A stretch of 64,000 nucleotides of DNA from a bacterium (GCA_027624915.1 JAQBTR010000002.1:30802-94801); one strand, 5' to 3'; shown: positions 26,322 to 36,052, counted from the first letter of the stretch. Notes: generated from the letters alone by a model not told the origin. A program made the numbers and translations.

Positions 26322-29030
26322 ATGAGAAAGCAGTCAGTATGGTTTGATGCAGTTCCAGACTCTCGTACATATGAAGCGTTACAAGGAGATGCTACATCCG
26401 ATATCGTTATTATTGGTGGCGGAATCGTTGGTGTTGTGGCCGCTTGGCATTGTCGCAAGCTTGGACTAACCGTTTCTCTTGTCGAGAAGAATCATATAGG
26501 TACAGGGGATACGGGGCTTACTACTGGTTTTTTAACTCGTGTACCAGATACATCTTTGGTCGAATTAAAGGACACACACGGAGAGGATTTTGTTCATAAA
26601 TTATATAAAGCTTCGGGGGATGCACAAAAAGAACTTTTTGATTTAATTAGCTCTGAGTCTATTGATTGCGACTTTATAAAAGCTAAGAGTTATTACGGAG
26701 CTTATGAGGCTGGGAGCAAAGAGCTTGCCGAAGAATTTATTCCACTTGATGATGCGGATCCATATGCCGAATTGATACAAAGTCAGGCTCCATTTGCAGA
26801 AGCGATTGAATTTGAGGGAGAGGGACGATTTCACTCAAGAAAATTTTTGCTTGGACTTCTAAAAAAGATGAGAGGAGAGGGTTTTTCTGTATTTGAAGAA
26901 TCAGAGGTCGAATCTATACATATCGAGGAGGGTGTACTTATTAAGACAAGTGATGGTTCAATAAAGGCAAAAAAGCTGATTAATACAACTGGATTGCCCC
27001 CAGAATATTTTAGTGAACTTCAACCACTTTTTAGACAAAAAATTACATACGTAACAGCTGCCAAGTTTTTAAAACAGCCATTGCCGTTTAACCTCTATTG
27101 GGATACTGGAGACCCATATTTTTATTTTAGATTAATCGACGAGACAACAATGATTGTTGGTGGGTCTGATCATGATGTCGGTAAAGCAAAAGGAAATGAG
27201 ATTGATTTGATTAAGAACTTTATTAAAAAGACTTTTGGCGATCAACATGAAATAACGCATGAATGGTCTGGAAGTCTTTTTGAAACCAAGGACGGTCTCC
27301 CGTATATTTTTGAGCACCCACACCATAAGGGAAGGGCTTATATAGCATGTGGTTTTGGTGGCAATGGACTTGTGTTTGGGTTTTTAGCAGGTAAGTTGCT
27401 TTCATTACTAGTATCAGACAGTGAAGCTCCAAACAAAGATTTATTTTTACCATTAAGAACTGGTGAAAAAATTGGTGAACCAAAAAAAATCTCAAGAGAA
27501 ACAGGTCAAAAATCTTTTGTGAAGGTTGCCAAGGCGAGTGATGTTGTGGAGGGTAAGCCATTTGGTGTTGAAGCTGGCGGTATGAAGCTTGCACTCTTTA
27601 GAATTGGCGAGAATGTCTATGCATTTAATAACTCATGCTCACATGCAGGAGGCTCTCTTTGCGATGGAGAGATAGAAGGTAAGATTGTAACCTGTCCTTT
27701 GCATGCAGCACAATTTGATGTAACCACAGGAAGTGTTGAGGGACCACCAGCTGTTAGACCACAGACCATGTATCAAGCTCGTATACAGGGTGAGGACATA
27801 GAAGTAGAAGTTCCTGCAGGTGAGGAGCCTAAACCGGGTTTAAGCAAAATAAAACCAAGGCGTATGACACATTGGGCATCACTTTTCAAATTTGCTCTTG
27901 GTGCATTTGGATTTTTTGTTTTTGAATTTGCGCTTCAATACTTTTGGCTAACAAAGGGAGAACTAGGAGGCTCTCTTGTGAGATCATTTGCGCTTTCAGG
28001 TGCTACGTTAATAGGTGCGGCACTCCTTTCGAGCGTTGTCTTTAGAATTTTTCCAAAGACTGCGCGGCTCTGGCGACAGAGACGCTACTTAGGAGTTTCT
28101 GGTTTTGTGTTTGCACTATTTCATGCATTATCCGTGTACTATTACTTTTTTAACTGGGAAATCCAATACGTTTATTACAGCTTAAATCCCATCGAGAATC
28201 CCATAGTATTTGGTTCTATTGCGCTCTCAATATTTATGGTACTTGCACTTACTTCTACCGATTGGGCTGTACAGAAATTGACTCCAAGGGTATGGAAGTT
28301 TATACATCGTTTTGTGTACGTAGGTTTTTTGGCAAGTGTCTTTCATTTCATTACAATTAATCCAGAGCTTTTGCAGAACCCACCGGGGTATCTGCTGCTC
28401 CTAATTACGATCCTCGCGATTATTGGTCATCTTTATTTATTTATAAAAACAATTATGAAAAAAGGATTTAACACAATTGGTGCATTAGTAGGCACTGTCA
28501 TTATTGTTGGCGCTGTCATTGTTGGATACTTGGTATACCGAGATACTTTTGCTCCAGTACCAGCGAAAGAGATGGGTGAAGCAAGTGAGGGGATGGATTT
28601 AGAGGACTCTGTAAAAGAAATGAAGGAGTTTATGGAAAAGAATCCGCCGGATGCTGATGTTATGACAAAGCCAGTTCTTGAAGACCAAGGATTTGAAGGG
28701 ACTATGTCACGTTCAGGAACATTTCAAAATGTAAATTATATGACAAGTGGCGGGGCAACGCTTGAGAAGAGAGGTGATGGGCATTTTGTTGTATTTGGAG
28801 ATGATTTTGAAACGCCAAACGGTCCAGATTTGCAAATATACTTAACAAAAAATCTTACAACAACAAATCGAGGAGATATTAAGGACGGGATTATTTTGGG
28901 AAAATTAAAAAGTACAAAAGGAAAGCAAGTATACAAAATTCCATCAGGCACAAATATAGAAGAATTTAATTCTGTCTCAATTCATTGCCGAGCCTTCAAT
29001 GTTCCGTGGAGCTACGCGCCACTCAGGTAG
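26322..29030 (+). CDS. Multidomain redox protein: DAO-family FAD oxidoreductase + Rieske [2Fe-2S] + MsrQ-like heme-b membrane domain + DM13 domain
   Basis: GGGIVG and GFGGNG (FAD); CSH...CPLH (Rieske); RRYLG...FH, LALTS...WK.IHR.VY...FH (MsrQ/ferric reductase TM); GPDL.IYL...LGKLK..KG.Q.Y.IP...SV.I.C..F (DM13). Confidence 0.82.
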   Translation: MRKQSVWFDAVPDSRTYEALQGDATSDIVIIGGGIVGVVAAWHCRKLGLTVSLVEKNHIGTGDTGLTTGFLTRVPDTSLVELKDTHGEDFVHKLYKASGDAQKELFDLISSESIDCDFIKAKSYYGAYEAGSKELAEEFIPLDDADPYAELIQSQAPFAEAIEFEGEGRFHSRKFLLGLLKKMRGEGFSVFEESEVESIHIEEGVLIKTSDGSIKAKKLINTTGLPPEYFSELQPLFRQKITYVTAAKFLKQPLPFNLYWDTGDPYFYFRLIDETTMIVGGSDHDVGKAKGNEIDLIKNFIKKTFGDQHEITHEWSGSLFETKDGLPYIFEHPHHKGRAYIACGFGGNGLVFGFLAGKLLSLLVSDSEAPNKDLFLPLRTGEKIGEPKKISRETGQKSFVKVAKASDVVEGKPFGVEAGGMKLALFRIGENVYAFNNSCSHAGGSLCDGEIEGKIVTCPLHAAQFDVTTGSVEGPPAVRPQTMYQARIQGEDIEVEVPAGEEPKPGLSKIKPRRMTHWASLFKFALGAFGFFVFEFALQYFWLTKGELGGSLVRSFALSGATLIGAALLSSVVFRIFPKTARLWRQRRYLGVSGFVFALFHALSVYYYFFNWEIQYVYYSLNPIENPIVFGSIALSIFMVLALTSTDWAVQKLTPRVWKFIHRFVYVGFLASVFHFITINPELLQNPPGYLLLLITILAIIGHLYLFIKTIMKKGFNTIGALVGTVIIVGAVIVGYLVYRDTFAPVPAKEMGEASEGMDLEDSVKEMKEFMEKNPPDADVMTKPVLEDQGFEGTMSRSGTFQNVNYMTSGGATLEKRGDGHFVVFGDDFETPNGPDLQIYLTKNLTTTNRGDIKDGIILGKLKSTKGKQVYKIPSGTNIEEFNSVSIHCRAFNVPWSYAPLR

Positions 29031-29211
29031 ATCCCATGAAAAACACATGTGGATAAAAATGCAGTATTTTGTCTGAGGTGGGTTTTCTCCCTTAAAATAA
29101 GGGAGTTTTCTCTTGTTAAGAAACAAATAAAAATGTGTGTCAATCTATTCCATATCTCCTTGAAGGGATATGATGAGCTTAGAGTTATTAAACAAACAGA
29201 GGAGGGCCAGA

Positions 29212-31806
29212 ATGGCTCGCTCAAATAGGAAGACACCAAAACGAAACCCACGCATACCGTGGTCTAGTTTTTCCAAGAAATTTGTAGATCGACTTTGCCG
29301 AATGGCAACCCAGGATGAAATCCTGGATGCTGTCGCGAAAGAATGTGGCACACGTCCCACATGGAACACGACAAGCGCATATTTTTCTCGTTCTGGATTA
29401 AAGCCTAAAGTTTTTGAAGTACTTCATGTTGCTGATCGTCTTGACGGCAAGCAACAAGAGAATTTTAGAAAACTTTGGACAAGTGATGCTTCCATTTCTG
29501 ATGTGGAAGAAGTATTTCCTGGCATAAAGAGAGATGATCTCCGTCGTATTGCTCAAAGGCTTAAAGTAAAGAGGGGTTCTCGTAAGGAGCAGGACACAGC
29601 GTTCGATGAAGTTATTTCACCTTTGTCGCCAGAAGAGGCACTCGCTGAGATGACGTTGCCAGAGCGTGAATGGGACGACCCACTTCAACTAGAGATGATG
29701 CCAGGCGCATGGGCTGATCGTGCCGTTCGAATCGGACTTATGTCCGGTATCGCATATGGCAATGATGGCATGCGTGGTGGTCTCATTAATCTTGCGATGG
29801 AACTTCTTCGTGATGAGGGTATCCGCCTCATCATCAATAATGCACACGTTGTCGATGGTAAGAGTGTTGTCGGTCAAGTGGCCGAACGCACCGTTGAACT
29901 TCGAGAGGAGTCTCGCGGGCGCCGTGCCACAAGGGCTGGTAGAGAAAGATATCCCGCACTTACTCAGGCTTCGCTACGCGATAAGGCTGCAGAAGATGTT
30001 GTGCAGGCAGTAGCCAGAGACCTTTCTTCACTCATACCCCAAATTCTCCGTCCTTTACCGATGCGCGAGAAAGGACGAATTCCATTTGTAAAGATGTATA
30101 CGCTCACGACTCCAGATACCCTATCTCTCTATGATGGAAAGTATGGAGAATCTATTGCGGAAGAATTGCAACATATTCGTGACGACATCATCTTGTATGG
30201 TGCTGGTGGGGACTGGATCTATATCAGAGATTTTGATATCAAGATTGGTATTTTGAATCCCAGCAGATCTCGACTTCCTGGTAAGTACCAGAGTACAGCC
30301 GGTGAAAAAGAGATTGATGAGAAAGAACGCCAGACATCTCAAGACTTCCCAGATCTTTGGATTGTGAATCCGTTTGCAGCAGCTGTATTTCAGCCGGCAG
30401 GCATTCGCGCACGTCCATACATCATGGGACCAGCACTTCGTCGTTTGGAAGAAGTCCACACGGCCGAGAATCAGGCTGGTATCATGATTCTGGAGTATAG
30501 ACCAAATAGACAGAAGATTGTTCGTAACTATTCGTTTAGAGATTTGATTAGAGCTGAGCTTAAGACGATTGTTACTCCGCGTGGCGCAACCAAGACGCAA
30601 AAACGTATTGTTGCGACAATCGGTGAGCACGGCGCTCTTCCTATTGGTACTCTCGAAGACCGTATGCCAGGAGTGAGTCGTGCAACGATTGAACGAGAGA
30701 TTTCTGGTCTTGTAAGCTCTACAGGCAAGCTTTCTACTCGTAAGACATGGCCTGGATTGGTTTTCGATTCGAGGTCAAAGAGATACTACTTCGATGACGA
30801 GTGGATCCAGCGAAAGTTAAGATATCGTTGGCCTAAGGACTTGGTTAGTGACCGTATGCTCTTCTTCGGATGTTTGCATGCTGGGTACACAACGACAGAC
30901 TACGAGCACTTCGTAAAGGAGTACCCTCGTATCATGCTCGAGTATGGTGTTGATCATCTCTTCGGACTTGGCGACATGATCGCTGGTCTAAAGCATGGTC
31001 TTGCATGTTCCGGCGAAGTATTCGGTGGGATGAATTATACCGAGCAAGAGGTTTTTGCCGCAGAACTCGTTGCAACGGTTTTGTTCAAAACCTTCAGGGC
31101 TCGTTTGGAGGTCAAGAGAGGCAAGAAGTCCTTGTCTGACCTTTCTTCCGAAGAGCTGTCGAACCTACTTTCTGATAGCCTCGTTCACTTCCACTATATT
31201 CATGGTAATCATGATTTGTGGCAGGAATATGACGGGCAAATTCCTCTTCAGCAGTTCAACGATGTGTTGGTGAGACTCTTGCATGATGAGACTCTCAAGA
31301 TGTTGATAGAGGAGCGAGCTCCTGCTATCGATCTTTTTGAGATTTTGGCTTCAAAAACTTCTTTCTATTCTGATTTTGCTGGAGTTGCCGAATTGCCGTC
31401 TGGCATCAGGGTGTCAATGCAACATCCTCAGATGGGTCGCGCTCAAACGACAACCTTGCGTGCCCAGCATGCAATGGGAACTCGCGGCGCACAAATCTCA
31501 GCTCTTGCTAACTTCCATGCGTCTGCCACTGTCGCCCAGTGGACTTCTGATCTCGGTCAGTGTGTAGCCATGCAGGCGGGGACGCAGGTCATCTATACGC
31601 GCTTCGAGCGTCGTAAGATGAAAAAAGAAGTTGATTTCGGCCCGCTCTATCTCCATGTCCAGTCCAAGGGTGGACGAATTTATATAGATGAACGAGCGGC
31701 GTTTAATGAAAGTATTTTAAAAGTAGCTCTTAATAAGAAACACGATTCTGAAGGCCTTAAGCGAAAGCTTGGTCTACTCCGACATCCGGATCTTATTGTT
31801 AGGTGA
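29212..31806 (+). CDS. Large protein with degenerate plus intact calcineurin-like metallophosphoesterase domains and a central winged HTH
   Basis: C-terminal GCLHAG, LGDMIAG, GNHD, MQHP and ANFH; N-terminal RIGLMSGIAYG and NAHVVDG; central GVSRATIEREISGL; GGAGG SD before ATG 29212. Confidence 0.7.
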   Translation: MARSNRKTPKRNPRIPWSSFSKKFVDRLCRMATQDEILDAVAKECGTRPTWNTTSAYFSRSGLKPKVFEVLHVADRLDGKQQENFRKLWTSDASISDVEEVFPGIKRDDLRRIAQRLKVKRGSRKEQDTAFDEVISPLSPEEALAEMTLPEREWDDPLQLEMMPGAWADRAVRIGLMSGIAYGNDGMRGGLINLAMELLRDEGIRLIINNAHVVDGKSVVGQVAERTVELREESRGRRATRAGRERYPALTQASLRDKAAEDVVQAVARDLSSLIPQILRPLPMREKGRIPFVKMYTLTTPDTLSLYDGKYGESIAEELQHIRDDIILYGAGGDWIYIRDFDIKIGILNPSRSRLPGKYQSTAGEKEIDEKERQTSQDFPDLWIVNPFAAAVFQPAGIRARPYIMGPALRRLEEVHTAENQAGIMILEYRPNRQKIVRNYSFRDLIRAELKTIVTPRGATKTQKRIVATIGEHGALPIGTLEDRMPGVSRATIEREISGLVSSTGKLSTRKTWPGLVFDSRSKRYYFDDEWIQRKLRYRWPKDLVSDRMLFFGCLHAGYTTTDYEHFVKEYPRIMLEYGVDHLFGLGDMIAGLKHGLACSGEVFGGMNYTEQEVFAAELVATVLFKTFRARLEVKRGKKSLSDLSSEELSNLLSDSLVHFHYIHGNHDLWQEYDGQIPLQQFNDVLVRLLHDETLKMLIEERAPAIDLFEILASKTSFYSDFAGVAELPSGIRVSMQHPQMGRAQTTTLRAQHAMGTRGAQISALANFHASATVAQWTSDLGQCVAMQAGTQVIYTRFERRKMKKEVDFGPLYLHVQSKGGRIYIDERAAFNESILKVALNKKHDSEGLKRKLGLLRHPDLIVR

Positions 31807-31827
31807 TGCTAAAGCATCACCTTTTTT
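31801..31827 (+). terminator. Intrinsic terminator
   Basis: AGGTGATGCT-AA-AGCATCACCT + T-tract. Confidence 0.7.
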
Positions 31828-31866
31828 GTTAGTGTTGCTATAAGATACAAAAAAATACACCAGCTT

Positions 31867-32427
31867 TCACTGGTGTTCCCGTTTTATCTGGGCACGCATG
31901 CGTGCCATGATTCTTTGACTTGTTTTTTGGCCCTCTGCGTCTGTTTTTTGTGGGTAACGGATAGCTATATAGTTGACCAACAAAGAATCAAGCAGCTCAT
32001 CATCTGATGAATGTTTAAGGGGATTCAAGATGATGGTGTGTCTAAGAAGGTCGTACGTGGCCTCGCCTTTATAATCTCTCATGCAAATCACTCTAAAGTT
32101 GTTTCGAATAAGAAATTTCAATTGTGGGACCGCATTCTCTAGTGAGAGTGTATCCCACCAAAACTCACCATCCTGTGCCATAATGCGCTGAACTCCTTTT
32201 TTGATTGGCTTATGGTTACATCGCCATCCAGGATGTATGACATGAAGATACTCATGAATGAATGTATCCCACATTTCTTCAGAATTGCTGTGTTTCCTCG
32301 GGTCAATGATTACTGTTTTAGTATCTTCATCACAGAGACCCCATGCATGACCACCATTTTTTTCAGGGTACAGTTTGTCGTATTCTACAGACCATCCTTT
32401 GTTCATCAGCGCTTGAAGGCGCTTCAT
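31867..32427 (-). CDS. Small HEXXH zincin-like protein with internal duplication
   Basis: GGGAGG SD before ATG 32427; TFIHEYLH; the second repeat lacks HEXXH. Confidence 0.65.
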   Translation of the reverse strand: MKRLQALMNKGWSVEYDKLYPEKNGGHAWGLCDEDTKTVIIDPRKHSNSEEMWDTFIHEYLHVIHPGWRCNHKPIKKGVQRIMAQDGEFWWDTLSLENAVPQLKFLIRNNFRVICMRDYKGEATYDLLRHTIILNPLKHSSDDELLDSLLVNYIAIRYPQKTDAEGQKTSQRIMARMRAQIKREHQ

Positions 32428-32544
32428 AACAGGCCTCCCTTGGCTTTTACAGTCTATACATATGCAAACATATTTTCTTTGCTTATCCAAGGGGTAGAAA
32501 TGCATAACTATTTGTGTTATAGTTGGCGCTACAATAAAAAATAG

Positions 32545-32648
32545 GGAGGAGTGGCTGAGTGGGTCACAGGTCTGGGAGAGCTGTGACGGGAAATATAGCG
32601 AGCTTGTCGAGCGTATAGTATTTCCTCGGGTCGCGTGATGGGCGCGAC
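32545..32648 (+). repeat. tRNA-5'-derived three-hairpin cassette upstream of tRNA-Ser
   Basis: Exact 18-bp copy GGAGGAGTGGCTGAGTGG, then GTCACAG/CTGTGAC, GGAAATA/TATTTCC and GTCGCG-TGATGGG-CGCGAC. Confidence 0.88.
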
Positions 32649-32701
32649 GACTAGCGCACAAAGTACGTAATGCTTTTCCGGAACAATTTAGATATACATA
32701 T

Positions 32702-32788
32702 GGAGGAGTGGCTGAGTGGTTGAAGGCGGCAGTCTTGAAAACTGTTAAGGGTGAAAGCCCTTCGTGAGTTCGAATCTCACCTCCTCCG
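32702..32788 (+). tRNA. tRNA-Ser(TGA)
   Basis: GGAGGAG/CTCCTCC acceptor, CTTGAAA loop, long variable arm; CCA not encoded. Confidence 0.95.
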
Positions 32789-32790
32789 CA

Positions 32791-32833
32791 TCAAAACAAA
32801 TGGGATACCTTGCGTATCCTTTTTTTGTTTTGA
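32791..32833. terminator. Terminator-like hairpin
   Basis: TCAAAACAAA..GGATAC-CTTGC-GTATCC..TTTGTTTTGA. Confidence 0.65.
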
Positions 32834-32842
32834 GATAGGGAA

Positions 32843-32918
32843 GGGATTCGAACCGGAATGCTAAACGCATTCCGCGGGTTGTCTGATAAGAGGCAACCGA
32901 ATCCCACCTTCTCCGCCA
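32843..32918 (+). repeat. tRNA-3'-derived hairpin cassette downstream of tRNA-Ser
   Basis: GGGATTCGAAC + CGGAATGC/GCATTCCG + GGTTGTC-TGATAAGA-GGCAACC + GAATCCCACCTTCTCCGCCA; same layout as 11489-11565. Confidence 0.85.
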
Positions 32919-33116
32919 AAAAACGAAATCGGATTTTAGAGCCGAAATTGGGTCGACGCTTCGCGCCGACCCAGATTTGCGTTCAGAAACCCTTTTCGAA
33001 AAATTGCGGTGTGTATTGAACGAAGTTCGAATGTATTTTGAGTTGAAGTTTTAGAATAATTTTTGACACGAATTAACTCTGGGCGTAGGCTATCCAGTAG
33101 ACGAAGCGGAGACCAT

Positions 33117-33335
33117 ATGTCTAGAGACGGAGCATACTATGTTCAATTTGAGCTTGGGCGATTGAGTGGCGACATGAATACTCACACGCTTTTGATCCCG
33201 CTGCAGGCGGCTACCAACGAAGATGCGGTTAGAGAAGGTCAAAGAATGTTCATGGAACATAGAGATTTAGGACAGAGTAATCCATCCTTTAGGGTTTTTC
33301 ACCTCATACATGAAGAAAGAGCAGAAGAGAAATGA
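33117..33335 (+). CDS. Small hypothetical protein
   Basis: GGAG SD before ATG 33117; TTGACA at 33063. Confidence 0.5.
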   Translation: MSRDGAYYVQFELGRLSGDMNTHTLLIPLQAATNEDAVREGQRMFMEHRDLGQSNPSFRVFHLIHEERAEEK

Positions 33336-33553
33336 CGACGGAAATCCTAGAAGAGGCCTTGTGTCGTGTTACGTGCCAAAAAGGAACTACACGAACGTTT
33401 TGGATAGGATTTCCTTTAGATATGTTTCCAAAACCATCAGCAATAGAGATGGGTAGGCGTCTACTTCCCGCTGAAGATCTAGGATGCATTTCTTGTATTT
33501 TGCACGAATCGTGTGGAGAGCCGATAGACGTTAAATTAACACTCATGGGTTAA
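33332..33553 (+). CDS. Small hypothetical protein (Cys-containing)
   Basis: ATGA overlap with upstream ORF; followed by GCCATGCATGGC hairpin and T-tract. Confidence 0.5.
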   Translation: MTTEILEEALCRVTCQKGTTRTFWIGFPLDMFPKPSAIEMGRRLLPAEDLGCISCILHESCGEPIDVKLTLMG

Positions 33554-33639
33554 TACAGTCGCCATGCATGGCGGCTTTTTTGTTTTTTATATACCCAGTA
33601 TGTCTTTCAAAAAAGTAGTGCTGGGTTTACAATGCTTTT

Positions 33640-34368
33640 ATGTTTTTGATTAGAAATATAAAAGTGAAAGGAACGATAAAGAAGGGACGAGGTGTTTTTG
33701 CAACATCAGACATCAAAGCCGGAACCGTAATAGGTGATTACTTAGGAACAATACTTCCAGAAAAAGAAGACGATTTATCTCGTGGTCTTTATAGTATGGC
33801 CTGGGGAGGAGATGATGATACGATTATTTTGGCTAACCCAGATAAAAATGGTATTCATTTGATTAATCACTCTTGCGTACCTAATACATGGATGCATCCA
33901 TATAATGGACGAACGGTTTATTTTGCGTTGCGAAAAATTTTTAAGGATGAAGAGTTAACTATCAACTATCTCATAGGTGAGCCCGACGAAGATTGTAAGC
34001 CTTGTGATGACGTGTGCCACTGTGGTGATATCTTTTGTCACGGAACCCAGCATTCCTCTGAATACTTAGTAGATGCGCATGAGAAATACGAGCGTCGTAT
34101 AATTAAAAAGCAACATATACCAAGACGTCCAAAGAGTGGAACACAATTAAAAAAACTATCACGTTATCCCAAGTCTATAAGCGATGATCCTGTTTTCGTT
34201 CTTTTTTCTAATAGAAAAAAATCTCCTGTAAAAATAGAAAACGATGAGTTTCCGCCAATCAAAACTTTGCGATGTCTCATTCGAGAAACGGGGAGGTCTT
34301 TAGAGTTTTCTAAGATTGGTCTTACTGTTGTTGGCATACGAGAGGGTCATGCTATTGTAAAGACATAG
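33640..34368 (+). CDS. SET-domain protein (putative lysine methyltransferase) with post-SET
   Basis: GRGVFA..DI..G..I..Y.G, INHSC.PN, EELTINY and CHCG...CHG. Confidence 0.88.
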   Translation: MFLIRNIKVKGTIKKGRGVFATSDIKAGTVIGDYLGTILPEKEDDLSRGLYSMAWGGDDDTIILANPDKNGIHLINHSCVPNTWMHPYNGRTVYFALRKIFKDEELTINYLIGEPDEDCKPCDDVCHCGDIFCHGTQHSSEYLVDAHEKYERRIIKKQHIPRRPKSGTQLKKLSRYPKSISDDPVFVLFSNRKKSPVKIENDEFPPIKTLRCLIRETGRSLEFSKIGLTVVGIREGHAIVKT

Positions 34369-34373
34369 ACCAT

Positions 34374-36047
34374 ATGAAATATTTTCTTTCCGTTACTATT
34401 TTCCTAGTACTCCCCGTGTTTCTTTTTGCTCATGGAGGTGAGGAGCACGACCCTATCATAATGACTGTAACAGATGAAGGTTTTGCTCCTAGTCAGATTA
34501 CTGTCGTTGCAGGAGAAACGGTAACTTTTGAAAACGATGGAAAGGAGGATCACTGGCCTGCATCTGATGTTCACCCAACACATGAAGCATACTCCGCTCT
34601 TGATCCAAGACGACCAATCATTCCAAGAGCATCATGGAGCTTCACATTTGAAGAGGAGGGACAATATACAATACATGACCACTTATTCCCGGATTTTGGT
34701 GGTCTCATTACTGTAAAACCTGAGGGTACAGTTATTGTTCGAGATGGTTTACCAGAACAAAAAAATATAGAAGCTCCACCAGAAGAGAAAGAGCCAGGAT
34801 TTTTTGCACGTAAATGGGTCTCCATAAAAAGATTTTTAGGGTGGGTTTTTGGTAGAAACGATAATAATCAGGAGATAGATAAAACAGAAGAGACTCAAGA
34901 AAAGATATCAGATGAGGAGGTGGTTTTGATACAAGAGGTTCGTCAAGAGATTGATACTCATTTTACAGAGCCTACTACATACAATAAAGATTTTCTGTAC
35001 AAAAGTTTTGATTTAGGCTGTACAAGTTCTAATCACGGATGTATTAGTAATTCTGTAAAAGATTTAACACGAGACTATGGTCCTGTTGCTGCTGTTGAGT
35101 TACTCGAAATTATGGTTGCCGATGGTCGTGTTTCAAGATCAATTAATGACCATCAATTATCTCATGAGATTGGTAGAGAGGCCGCGCGTTCGTATGGAGT
35201 CAACAGCGAAGCATTTTTGTTATGCCCCATGTCAGCGTTTAATGGTGGGTGTCAGCACGGTTTCTTTGAATATGTTTTAGGTAGAACAGAGTCGACATCA
35301 CAGGCAGCAGATTTAATATGCAAATCACTCGGAGATACATACTCAAATAAATTTAAATTTTACTGTTACCATGGAGTTGGTCATGGGGTTATGATGCAAC
35401 AAGCATATGACTTACAGGCATCATTAGATACTTGTGATTCATTAGACGGGCTGTCCGCACAGGATGGTTGTTGGCAAGGAGTGTTTATGGAAAATACTAA
35501 TGCTGGTATGTCTGGTGAGGCACGCGCTGGACTATTTTCTCTAGAGGACCCTCTAGCACCATGTAATCAGGTTGAGGACAAGTATCGTAATGAATGCTAT
35601 CTAAATCACGCTGGTTATTTAATGAAGTTTTTTGGCAATGATATACGTCGTGGTGCGCATTCATGTCTGGAGGCTGGAGAATGGATTCCTTCATGTCTCC
35701 AAAGTCTTGGCCTCATGGTTACAAATCCTTCATGGCAAGGTGCACTACTCCCAGGAGCCGCTCAATTAGGTGAGGTACGTTCAGCATGGGAGCTTTGCCG
35801 TATGTTTCCAACTGATCACATAAGTCAGTGTGTACAGGGTGGTGTCGACAATATAATTAACTTTGATGAGTTTGATGTCGGTCGAGCTGATGAATTTTGT
35901 AGTATAATTGATACACAGGATCAAGAGTTGTGTTTTAGAGGGATAGGTCGTAATCTTAGAAACGATTCTATAAATCAACAACAAGTAACTGATGCGTGTA
36001 ATTTGTTATCAACACAAGAGAGTAGAGACTGGTGTCTTTTAAGATAA
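34374..36047 (+). CDS. Secreted cupredoxin-domain protein with Cys/His-rich repeats
   Basis: Signal peptide, GF.P..I.V..GETV.F.N, HWPASDVHPTH, HDHL; CQHG, CYHGVGHG and CWQGVFMEN repeats. Confidence 0.78.
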   Translation: MKYFLSVTIFLVLPVFLFAHGGEEHDPIIMTVTDEGFAPSQITVVAGETVTFENDGKEDHWPASDVHPTHEAYSALDPRRPIIPRASWSFTFEEEGQYTIHDHLFPDFGGLITVKPEGTVIVRDGLPEQKNIEAPPEEKEPGFFARKWVSIKRFLGWVFGRNDNNQEIDKTEETQEKISDEEVVLIQEVRQEIDTHFTEPTTYNKDFLYKSFDLGCTSSNHGCISNSVKDLTRDYGPVAAVELLEIMVADGRVSRSINDHQLSHEIGREAARSYGVNSEAFLLCPMSAFNGGCQHGFFEYVLGRTESTSQAADLICKSLGDTYSNKFKFYCYHGVGHGVMMQQAYDLQASLDTCDSLDGLSAQDGCWQGVFMENTNAGMSGEARAGLFSLEDPLAPCNQVEDKYRNECYLNHAGYLMKFFGNDIRRGAHSCLEAGEWIPSCLQSLGLMVTNPSWQGALLPGAAQLGEVRSAWELCRMFPTDHISQCVQGGVDNIINFDEFDVGRADEFCSIIDTQDQELCFRGIGRNLRNDSINQQQVTDACNLLSTQESRDWCLLR

Positions 36048-36052
36048 ATACC

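Noticed and set aside
29048..29056. Replication origin (perfect DnaA box TGTGGATAA)
   Set aside because: Single box, no cluster and no dnaA/dnaN nearby; another lies inside fba.
32428..32661. N-terminal extension of the zincin-like ORF
   Set aside because: Runs through the tRNA cassette; the SD-supported start is 32427.
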